A DNA stretch of 64,000 nucleotides, taken from assembly GCA_020341815.1 (NCBI GenBank), contig CP070837.1, positions 892,064-956,063 on the forward strand, in the 5' to 3' direction. The notes under the pieces are model-generated. The model was not told the origin of the DNA and made no database searches. It was given only the letters and a program-made list of their open reading frames with translations. Source of the DNA: Candidatus Omnitrophota bacterium (GTDB lineage Bacteria > Omnitrophota > Gorgyraeia > JAFGHF01). How positions within the stretch are numbered: position 1 is the stretch's first letter; each line of letters begins with the position of its first letter. Positions 56,448-64,000 of this stretch are shown in pieces. Made by a program: the position numbers and the translations under genes.

Positions 56448-57520
56448 GACTCTACCTTTGTGGGAACAAGGAGCTTCTTGAGGTAATGTATCTCGTCCAA
56501 GACTTTCCCTGTTCCCAAGGCCACAGAAGTTATAGGGTCTTCGGTCACATGAACAGGAAGCCCCGTCTCCTCAGAAAGCAATTTATCGATACCGCGCAGA
56601 AGCGAACCGCCCCCGGCCATGACTATTCCCCGCTCAATCAAATCCGCGGAAAGTTCAGGCGGAGTTCTCTCCAGGGCAACCCGGGCCGCCTCCACAATGG
56701 CATTAATGGGAGTGGATAAGGCCTCTCTTACTTCTTCGGAAGAAATACTGATTAATTTGGGAAGTCCCGCTACCAGGTCCCGGCCCCTGACTTCCATGGT
56801 CAGCTCTTCATCCAAAGGAAATGCCGAGCCGATTTTTATTTTTATTTCTTCTGCGGTTCTTTCTCCAACCATAAGGTTGTAGGTCTTCTTCAGATGTTCG
56901 ATAATGGCCTCATCCATCTCGTCGCCGCCAATCCTGATGCATTTGGCATAGACGATACCGGCCAAAGAAATCACCGCCATCTCCGTTGTGCCGCCGCCGA
57001 TATCGACAATCATATTACCCGCCGGCTCCTGAATAGGCATACCCACGCCTACCGCAGCGGCAATAGGCTCTTCCACCAAAAACACTTCACGCGCACCGGC
57101 GTGCTCTGCGGAATCTTTTACTGCGCGCTTCTCCACTTCCGTAATCCCCGAAGGAACGGCAATAATCATTCGCGGGCGCACAAGGACTCGTCGGTGATGG
57201 ACCTTTTTTATAAAGTAACGCAACATATTTTCCGTAATTTCGAAATCGGCTATCACGCCGTCTTTCATCGGCCGGATGGCTACGATACTGCCCGGTGTGC
57301 GTCCCAGCATTCTCTTGGCCTCCTCCCCTACCGCCAAGACACGGGAAGAGCCTTTTTGTATAGCTACTACCGAAGGTTCGCAAAGCACGATACCTTCGTC
57401 TTTAACAAAAACTAAAGTTGAAGCCGTACCCAAGTCAATGCCCATATCATTAGAAAACAACCCCATTAAATAATTTACTCCCTTAACCAGTTGTTTCCAT
57501 ATCTTTAATAAAATGTTCAT
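56444..57520 (-). CDS. mreB: Rod shape-determining protein MreB
   Basis: Canonical MreB. Confidence 0.95.
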   Translation of the reverse strand: MNILLKIWKQLVKGVNYLMGLFSNDMGIDLGTASTLVFVKDEGIVLCEPSVVAIQKGSSRVLAVGEEAKRMLGRTPGSIVAIRPMKDGVIADFEITENMLRYFIKKVHHRRVLVRPRMIIAVPSGITEVEKRAVKDSAEHAGAREVFLVEEPIAAAVGVGMPIQEPAGNMIVDIGGGTTEMAVISLAGIVYAKCIRIGGDEMDEAIIEHLKKTYNLMVGERTAEEIKIKIGSAFPLDEELTMEVRGRDLVAGLPKLISISSEEVREALSTPINAIVEAARVALERTPPELSADLIERGIVMAGGGSLLRGIDKLLSEETGLPVHVTEDPITSVALGTGKVLDEIHYLKKLLVPTKVES

Positions 57521-57612
57521 TGCCTTTTCACTCCTTGAGTTTGGGTTTTGCTTATTCTATCAAACCTAAGGTCTATTGTCAAGTTAAGGATTTAATATTG
57601 AGTAAAAAATTA

Positions 57613-58917
57613 TTACAGCTTTGAAAGCTCTTCAAAGAAGTTGGGATATGAAGTAAAAACACAATCCGTATTTTTGATGGTCGTGCGACCAGAGGCGCAA
57701 AGAGCGGCAACAGCCATACACATAGCCGTGCGATGGTCGCCGAAACTTTCGACAATACTGCCGCTCAGTTTCGAAGGACCGCGGATAATTATATCATTGC
57801 CGCGACTTTCAATATCCGCTTTCATCCTGGTTAAATTAGAAATCATGGAATTAATTCTATCTGTCTCTTTAACTCTCAATTCATCTGCGCCGGCAATTAT
57901 ACTCTCGCCTTCCGCCTGCGTTGCCGCTACCATTAGAATAGGAAGTTCATCGATAAGGGAAGGAATTTCATCGGAACCGATAGTAAAAGCCTTGAGAGAG
58001 CTATACTTTGCCGTTATCTCTCCCTTTAATTCCTGGCTATAATCGCCGGAGGCGGCCTTATCATTTTCATAATTCCAGCGGATAGAGGCCCCCATTTTTT
58101 GCAATACATTTAAAAAAGCTGTGCGCGTGGGATTAAGGCCTACCGATTTTATCGAGACTCTTGAGCCTTTAGAAATGCAGGCTGCTACCAGAAAAAAACT
58201 TGCGCCAGAGGCGTCCCCCGGGATGTCTACGTCTTTAGCGATTAAATCGGCCCTGCCACTTACGGAAACCGAAAGCCCCTCCGGAGAAATATCCGCGCCG
58301 AATTTTTTCAGCATCCTCTCCGTATGGTCTCTGGATTTGGCGGACTCGATTACTTTTGTAATACCCTCGGCATAAAGGCCGGCTAAAAGGATAGCGGATT
58401 TTACCTGCGCGCTGGCTATGGGCATTTCATAAGAAATCGGTTTTAATGTTCGTCCCCGCACGGTCAAAGGGGCAAACTCATTCCCTTGGCGGCCTTTAAT
58501 TTCTGCTCCCATTAAGGACAACGGCTCAATTACCCTTTTCATCGGCCTCTTGGAAAGCGAGGCATCTCCTTCCAGTTCACTGCTAAATCGCTGAGCTGCC
58601 AGGATTCCCAACAAAAGGCGCATAGAAGTGCCGGAGTTACCCAAGTAAAGCTTACCCTTGGGTTTATGCAGACCAATTAATCCTCTTCCTTCGATATAAG
58701 AAAACTCTCCCGACTTAGTTACGGCAATGCCCATATTTTTAAAGGCATCTATGGTGCGCAGGCAGTCTTCGCAACTGGAGAGATTTTTTATTTGTGTCTT
58801 GCCGGAGGCAATAGATGCAATAATAACTGCCCGGTGGGAAATAGATTTGTCGGCAGGAGGCGTAATTTGACCGGATATTTTTTTGGCTTCAATGGTAATA
58901 TTGGACATTTTTTTCAC
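57613..58917 (-). CDS. aroA: 3-phosphoshikimate 1-carboxyvinyltransferase (EPSP synthase)
   Basis: Full-length AroA. Confidence 0.95.
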   Translation of the reverse strand: MKKMSNITIEAKKISGQITPPADKSISHRAVIIASIASGKTQIKNLSSCEDCLRTIDAFKNMGIAVTKSGEFSYIEGRGLIGLHKPKGKLYLGNSGTSMRLLLGILAAQRFSSELEGDASLSKRPMKRVIEPLSLMGAEIKGRQGNEFAPLTVRGRTLKPISYEMPIASAQVKSAILLAGLYAEGITKVIESAKSRDHTERMLKKFGADISPEGLSVSVSGRADLIAKDVDIPGDASGASFFLVAACISKGSRVSIKSVGLNPTRTAFLNVLQKMGASIRWNYENDKAASGDYSQELKGEITAKYSSLKAFTIGSDEIPSLIDELPILMVAATQAEGESIIAGADELRVKETDRINSMISNLTRMKADIESRGNDIIIRGPSKLSGSIVESFGDHRTAMCMAVAALCASGRTTIKNTDCVFTSYPNFFEELSKL

Positions 58918-59834
58918 TTATGAGAGCAGTATAACATAAAATTCTCGGGAACGCCAGATTGAAATTCAACAAATTTCCCTGTGCGAGGATGCTGAAAACC
59001 CAATACCTTTGCATGTAGCGCCAGGCGTTCGAAGTCGCCTCCTCTGCCATAGCGGGTATCTCCCAGAATTGGGTGGCCGTGAAATTTCAAATGAACCCTT
59101 AACTGATGCGTGCGGCCGGTGTGCGGGATAAGCTCAAGCAAGGTTGCACTTTTAAGCCTTTTTAGAACTTTATATCTGGTTAAGGCCGGGCGGCTTTTTT
59201 TATGAAAGCTTACCGCCATCTTCTGGCGATGGTGGGGGTCCCTGGCGATAGGCATCTCTATCTGCCCTTCATCATGGGCAACCTTTCCTTTGACCAGGGC
59301 TATATATTTGCGCCTAACAGTATGGCTGCGAAACTGCTTGGCCAGGCCCAAATGAGCAAAATCGTTTTTGGCAATAACCAAAAGCCCTGTTGTATCTTTA
59401 TCCAGGCGATGCACTATCCCCGGCCTTAAAGGGCCGTTGACCGTAGAAAGCGGACATCCGTAATGCAATAAGGCATTTACTAAAGTCCCGGAATAACACC
59501 CTGCGGCCGGATGCGTAACCATACCCGAAGGCTTATTTATTACCAGGATATCCTCATCCTCAAAGACGATATCCAGCGGTATCTCCTCAGGTGAAACTTG
59601 CATGCTGGGCTGAACCGGAGGAATATTGACGCGCAGCGCGTCATTTTCTCTAACCTTATAATGGGCCTTGGCGGGCTTTTCGTTTACGAAAACCATTCCC
59701 GTCTTTATCAGCCGCTGGATTCGCGAACGGGAGATAGGAAGTTCCAGGTTTTTGATTATAAAGTGGTCCAGCCTTAACCCCTTATCTGCGCTGCTTACTT
59801 TGAAAGTAACCTCTTGCATATTTGCACCAGGCAC
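58914..59834 (-). CDS. rluD: RluA-family 23S rRNA pseudouridine synthase (RluD-like, S4 domain)
   Basis: HRLDKDTTG motif and N-terminal S4. Confidence 0.85.
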   Translation of the reverse strand: MPGANMQEVTFKVSSADKGLRLDHFIIKNLELPISRSRIQRLIKTGMVFVNEKPAKAHYKVRENDALRVNIPPVQPSMQVSPEEIPLDIVFEDEDILVINKPSGMVTHPAAGCYSGTLVNALLHYGCPLSTVNGPLRPGIVHRLDKDTTGLLVIAKNDFAHLGLAKQFRSHTVRRKYIALVKGKVAHDEGQIEMPIARDPHHRQKMAVSFHKKSRPALTRYKVLKRLKSATLLELIPHTGRTHQLRVHLKFHGHPILGDTRYGRGGDFERLALHAKVLGFQHPRTGKFVEFQSGVPENFMLYCSHK

Positions 59835-59846
59835 GTAAAGACGCCT

Positions 59847-60641
59847 TCAGCGTCCACGTGCCAGTCTCGTGATGCGAAGCATTTTACGAGACCAGATTAA
59901 AGATGAGACTATAAAAATTACTGCGCTAATCAATTGATGCAGAGTCAAATTTGCCCATAACGGCAAATTATCACCGCGTAAATATTCCATAAAAAATCGC
60001 GATACGCTATAAAGCAGGCAGTATAAAAGAAAGACCTCGCCCGGAAAATATGCCTTTTCCTTTTTTCTCTTCGCCTGAAACATTCTTAAAATAACAAAAA
60101 TTACCAACAGATTAAACGAAGCATAAAGCTGCACGGGATGACGGCCTATATTTTCTGCGGGCCTTCCGTAACAGCAGCCGTTTAGAAAACAGCCAATTCT
60201 GCCGATTGCCTGAGCCAGGGCCAGATAAGGACAAACTATATCGAATATCTTTATGACGGAAAGTCTTTGCCTCTTCAAAAAAATGACTGCGGAAATTGTC
60301 GCCAGGATGAGCCCGCCATAAAAACTTAAGCCCCCTCTCTGAAGCATAAATATGGCGCCGGGATATTCAATATAAAACTTTAGATTCTGCAATACATAAA
60401 GCGCTCGCGCCCCTAATATTGCCGAAATCGCCAGCACCAAAGAAAGGTTTACTATTACATCGGGCTCCACATCTTGCCTTGCTGCCTCAAGGCGCGCTAA
60501 ATATGCGCCGAGGATAAAGGCAACGGCCACCATAAAGCCGTAGGAATATATTTTAAGAGGGCCTATTTCGAAAAGGATAGGGTGCATAGCTAACTTAATG
60601 TTTATGTTTGAGTATGTGTAATACCAATAAGGCCGTGCCAA
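59847..60641 (-). CDS. lgt: Prolipoprotein diacylglyceryl transferase
   Basis: Lgt signature (GRIGCFLNGCCYG). Confidence 0.9.
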   Translation of the reverse strand: MARPYWYYTYSNINIKLAMHPILFEIGPLKIYSYGFMVAVAFILGAYLARLEAARQDVEPDVIVNLSLVLAISAILGARALYVLQNLKFYIEYPGAIFMLQRGGLSFYGGLILATISAVIFLKRQRLSVIKIFDIVCPYLALAQAIGRIGCFLNGCCYGRPAENIGRHPVQLYASFNLLVIFVILRMFQAKRKKEKAYFPGEVFLLYCLLYSVSRFFMEYLRGDNLPLWANLTLHQLISAVIFIVSSLIWSRKMLRITRLARGR

Positions 60642-61065
60642 TGGTAATAGCGCTATCGGCTATATTAAAAACCGGCCAGATACGAAAATCCAGAAAATCG
60701 ATTACGAAACCAAAACGTATCCGGTCAATCAGATTACCCACTGCCCCGGCCAAAATCAGGGATAGAAAAATCTGCCTCAACTGCCGGGGGCCTTTAGCCG
60801 TCCCTTTGCCAAAAAACTCCTTATAGAAAAAAAGGGTAAAGGCAATTATTACAATGGAGACGTAGATAATCCATGCAAAGGAAGATCTTGAGTTTCCAGA
60901 GAACAGACCGAAGGCCAAGCCCTTGTTGCAGACAAGGCTGATATGAAAAATATTCTTGATTACGGGGAAAGATTGAAAAGGCTGGAAGTTCTTAAGGATA
61001 ATAAACTTGCTTAGCTGATCAAGAATTAATATCCCAAAGAAAAAGGAAACGGCCCTTTTCTTCAT
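60595..61065 (-). CDS. lspA: Lipoprotein signal peptidase II
   Basis: Canonical LspA (NIADSAITIG). Confidence 0.9.
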   Translation of the reverse strand: MKKRAVSFFFGILILDQLSKFIILKNFQPFQSFPVIKNIFHISLVCNKGLAFGLFSGNSRSSFAWIIYVSIVIIAFTLFFYKEFFGKGTAKGPRQLRQIFLSLILAGAVGNLIDRIRFGFVIDFLDFRIWPVFNIADSAITIGTALLVLHILKHKH

Positions 61066-61071
61066 AAATTT

Positions 61072-61140
61072 ACCCCGCCCTTCTTTTTATTGCCTCCGCC
61101 CATATCTATTTATACAAAGCAGGTATTAGGAAGGGCGGGG
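61072..61140. repeat. CCCCGCCCTTC...GAAGGGCGGGG hairpin element, copy D (between dksA-like stop and lspA start)
   Basis: See copy A. Confidence 0.7.
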
Positions 61141-61551
61141 CTAAGAGGCCTTCGGCTTAGCCTCTTCCTTTCTCTGGCAATCTATGCAGAGCACAGCATA
61201 GGGTACGGCCTGCAGGCGCTTGCGGGTGATAGCCTTATTACATTTCGAGCATCGGCCGTAACTCTTATCCTTTATTCTTCCCAGGGCCTCATCGATTGCA
61301 AAAATCACCTTTTGATTGTCGCTTGCCAGGTTTAAAGAAAACTCCCGGTCGTAATTATCTGAGGCCTGATCGGCCATATGGAAAGAATACCCCGAGAGGT
61401 CTCCGGAGGCCTCTCTTTGCGACTTGCTTAATGTGTCTTTGGTGATATTATTCATTTCCGAAATCAGGTCTTCTCTTTTCTTCAGAAGAATCTTTTTGAA
61501 TTTCTCCAAATCCCTTTTATTCATCTTGACTGCCTTTGCCATCTTATTCAT
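61141..61551 (-). CDS. dksA: DksA/TraR-family C4 zinc-finger protein
   Basis: C-terminal CSKCNKAI...CIDCQ zinc finger and a coiled-coil N-terminus. Confidence 0.75.
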   Translation of the reverse strand: MNKMAKAVKMNKRDLEKFKKILLKKREDLISEMNNITKDTLSKSQREASGDLSGYSFHMADQASDNYDREFSLNLASDNQKVIFAIDEALGRIKDKSYGRCSKCNKAITRKRLQAVPYAVLCIDCQRKEEAKPKAS

Positions 61552-64000
61552 CTCCTTTTTCTATAACTTCTACGCACCTCTGGCACAATGAAGGGTGCGT
61601 ATTGCTTTTCCCTACCGAAGACCGGTAATTCCAGCAACGCTGGCATTTGGGATAATTTATCTTTTCTATCCTTATTTCCAAATTCGCAATATCTCCGGAG
61701 GCATCCGAGTGAGATTCTGCGGAAGAAACCTCTGGACGCCCTACGGAAACATCGGAAACTATAAAGATTGAAATAAGCAACCCCTGGCTTGCCTTTAAGA
61801 ATTGAAATAATTCATCTGTGCGGGCAAAAAGCAGGACTCTGGCCTCCAGGGCGCTATGAATTAAGCCCTTTTCTCTTTCGTTTTCAATTGCCTTAAGCAC
61901 CGCTTCGCGCAACTTGACCAATCTCTTCATTTTCTCATCCAAAGCCGGATTAACCCACCTGCGCCCTATCTCGGGCCAGCGATGCAGCATGATTGACTCT
62001 ATTTTCTCTTCCCTCAGCACCTTGGAAAGACGCCCCCAGATTTCCTCAGCGGTGAAACTAAGTATAGGGGCAAGCATCTTTGTAAGCGCGCTAAGAATCT
62101 CACAAATTGCAGTCTGCGCCGAACGGCGCGGGAGGCTATTTCTGCCAAATGTATAGAGCCTGTCTTTGAGGACATCCAGATAAAAAGAAGACATCTCGGT
62201 TACGCAAAAATTATGCAGCCTTCGGAATATCTTATAATAACCGAAGTCGTCAAAGTCATCGCTTACGCCCTTCACTAATCTTGCCAGAGAAGACAGGGCC
62301 CATTTGTCCAGCTCCTCAAGTTCCCCGTATTTTACTTTTTTATCGGGCGTGAAGTCACAAAGGTTACCTATAAGGAAACGCAAGGTGTTACGAACCTTGC
62401 GGTAGGCATCGGAGACGCCGGATAAAATGCGGGGGGAAATCCTGACATCCTCACCATAATAGCAAGAAGCAACCCAGAGCCTTAATATCTCTGCGCCGAA
62501 TTTTTCGGTTATCTCCTCAGGCGTTATTACATTGCCCCTGGACTTGGACATCTTCTTACCCTCTCCGTCCATAACAAAGCCGTGGGTTAGCACATTAAGA
62601 TATGGGGCCTTGCCGGTTAAAGGCACAGAGGTCAAAAGCGCGGTCTGAAACCACCCGCGATGCTGGTCGCTCCCTTCAAGATAGAGCGAAGCCGGAAAAG
62701 CTAATTCCTTAGAGTTAGCCAAAACCGCCTGATGGCTGACGCCGGAGTCAAACCAGACATCGATAATATCTTCTTCCTTTGTAAACTCTTCTTCCTTGCA
62801 GCTAGGACAATGCGCCTTCCCACCCAGAAGCTCATCTACGCTTTTGCTAAACCAGGCGTCTGTCCCCTCCTCTGAAACAATTCCGGCAACCCGCTCCATT
62901 ATATCCATCTGCAAGAGTTCTTTTCCGCAGCTTTTACAATAAAATACGGGGATAGGCACGCCCCAGAATCTCTGGCGGGAAAGACACCAGTCAGGACGCA
63001 TTTGGAGCATACTCAAGATGCGCCTCTGGCTCCCTTCAGGGATCCAGCGGACTTTTCTTACCTGCTTTAATGCCTTTTCCCTTAGCTGCTTGTGCTCAAC
63101 ATTAATAAACCACTGCTTGGTGCTTCTGGTAATCAAGGGGGTTTTGCATCTCCAGCAATGAGGGTAAGAATGCAGCGTCTCTGATGCATGAAGCAGGGAC
63201 TTGTTCTTCCTCATTTTATCTATAATTAATTCATTGGCCTCAAAGACCTTCGAGCCTGCAAACTCTGTGCAGGTTTTGTCAAACCTGCCTTTCTCATCCA
63301 CCGGCATTATTACAGGCAGCTTGTATTTTAAGCCGGTCAGGTAATCCTCTTGCCCGTGTCCGGGAGCGGTATGCACACAACCCGTCCCCTCATCATTAGA
63401 AACATAATCTGCCAGGACCAGGTGCGACCGACGCTCAAGGAACGGATGAACTGCCTCTATATTTTCTAAAGCACGCCCTTTTACCTCGCCTATTTTTCTG
63501 TAATCTTTAATTCCTGTCTCATGCATTACCTTCTCTGCCAGCTCCTCAGCCAAAATCATAATTTCTTTAAGTCCATTGGGCGCAGAGGTCTCTACCAGAG
63601 AATACTTAAACTTAGGATGCACGGCAACAGCCACATTAGACATAAGGGTCCAGGGCGTAGTAGTCCAGATGAGAAAATAGACCTTATCCGGTATTTCGTA
63701 TCCCTTATCTTTTATCCAGGGCCTTACAATCTCTTTCGCATTTAAAAGGGGGAACTTTACATAAATGGATGGGGAGCGGCGGTCTTCATACTCCACCTCC
63801 GCCTCAGCCAGGGCAGTCTCACATCCTATACACCAGTTAATCGGCTTAAGACCGTGATAGATATATTTGCCCTTGGCAAGCCTGGCAAAAGCGCGGATAA
63901 TTTCCGCCTCATAAGCAAAGTCCAGGGTTAAATACGGCTTTTGCCAGTCGGCAACCAGACCCAGTTTTTTGAACTGCTCTCTCTGGATGTTTACAAACTT
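61544..64000 (-). CDS. ileS: Isoleucine--tRNA ligase (3' two-thirds; 5' end beyond the window)
   Basis: KMSKS motif. The frame stays open to the window edge and encodes ...KPINWCIGCETALAEAEVEY. The C-terminal zinc-binding tail is present. Confidence 0.95.
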   Translation of the reverse strand, partial: KFVNIQREQFKKLGLVADWQKPYLTLDFAYEAEIIRAFARLAKGKYIYHGLKPINWCIGCETALAEAEVEYEDRRSPSIYVKFPLLNAKEIVRPWIKDKGYEIPDKVYFLIWTTTPWTLMSNVAVAVHPKFKYSLVETSAPNGLKEIMILAEELAEKVMHETGIKDYRKIGEVKGRALENIEAVHPFLERRSHLVLADYVSNDEGTGCVHTAPGHGQEDYLTGLKYKLPVIMPVDEKGRFDKTCTEFAGSKVFEANELIIDKMRKNKSLLHASETLHSYPHCWRCKTPLITRSTKQWFINVEHKQLREKALKQVRKVRWIPEGSQRRILSMLQMRPDWCLSRQRFWGVPIPVFYCKSCGKELLQMDIMERVAGIVSEEGTDAWFSKSVDELLGGKAHCPSCKEEEFTKEEDIIDVWFDSGVSHQAVLANSKELAFPASLYLEGSDQHRGWFQTALLTSVPLTGKAPYLNVLTHGFVMDGEGKKMSKSRGNVITPEEITEKFGAEILRLWVASCYYGEDVRISPRILSGVSDAYRKVRNTLRFLIGNLCDFTPDKKVKYGELEELDKWALSSLARLVKGVSDDFDDFGYYKIFRRLHNFCVTEMSSFYLDVLKDRLYTFGRNSLPRRSAQTAICEILSALTKMLAPILSFTAEEIWGRLSKVLREEKIESIMLHRWPEIGRRWVNPALDEKMKRLVKLREAVLKAIENEREKGLIHSALEARVLLFARTDELFQFLKASQGLLISIFIVSDVSVGRPEVSSAESHSDASGDIANLEIRIEKINYPKCQRCWNYRSSVGKSNTHPSLCQRCVEVIEKGDE

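Overview
This 64 kb window looks like chromosomal DNA from an uncultivated diderm bacterium, as judged by BamE, SurA, an LptC-like protein, PilQ secretin, Lgt and LspA. GC looks moderate, roughly mid-40s percent by eye; I did not compute it. Only the first ~2.5 kb is plus-strand: an EamA transporter 3' fragment, a TIGR04073-like secreted protein, a LAGLIDADG-type protein and an AlpA-like HTH protein. From 3.0 kb to the end, about 60 genes lie co-directionally on the minus strand.

Content along the minus-strand block, from low to high coordinates:
- A giant secreted multidomain surface protein (about 1,767 aa) translationally coupled to an LptC/OstA-like protein.
- Four small PilZ proteins interleaved with housekeeping genes (BamE, YqeY, an MBL hydrolase, an EndoIII-like protein, a bifunctional nuclease, a CobA/BtuR-like adenosyltransferase).
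- An IMPDH-family protein, groESL with a perfect CIRCE operator, and coaX.
- An AT-rich two-gene island of unknown function inserted between coaX and pdxA.
- surA-like, an N-terminally truncated mfd, argS, a GAF-HD-GYP phosphodiesterase, rsfS, an unannotated DUF5679-like zinc-ribbon ORF, nadD, proA, proB, obg, rpmA, rplU and rng.
- A complete type IV pilus system: pilQ, pilP, pilO, pilN, a tail-anchored small protein, a PilX_N-family large protein, two minor pilins, pilM, two tandem major pilins, pilC, tandem pilB paralogs, a standalone MshEN-domain protein, pilT, a HAMP-GAF-degenerate-GGDEF protein and a small RHH protein.
- rodA, mrdA, mreD, mreC, mreB, aroA, rluD, lgt, lspA, a dksA-like gene and the 3' part of ileS.

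The main hunt results:
- Two GEMM-I (c-di-GMP-I) riboswitch aptamers, one of them leading the pilus-motor operon.
- Two families of repeated, hairpin-forming intergenic elements: a CCCCGCCCTTC/GAAGGGCGGGG element present four times, each copy embedding the RBS and start codon of a membrane-protein gene, and a CACTGA-rich element present twice that overwrites gene 3' ends.
- A roughly 360 bp TTAC(T/C)T degenerate repeat array next to the LAGLIDADG plus duplicated AlpA-HTH module.
- A compositionally foreign two-gene island flanked by a 21 nt direct repeat.

No tRNA, rRNA or CRISPR array was found.
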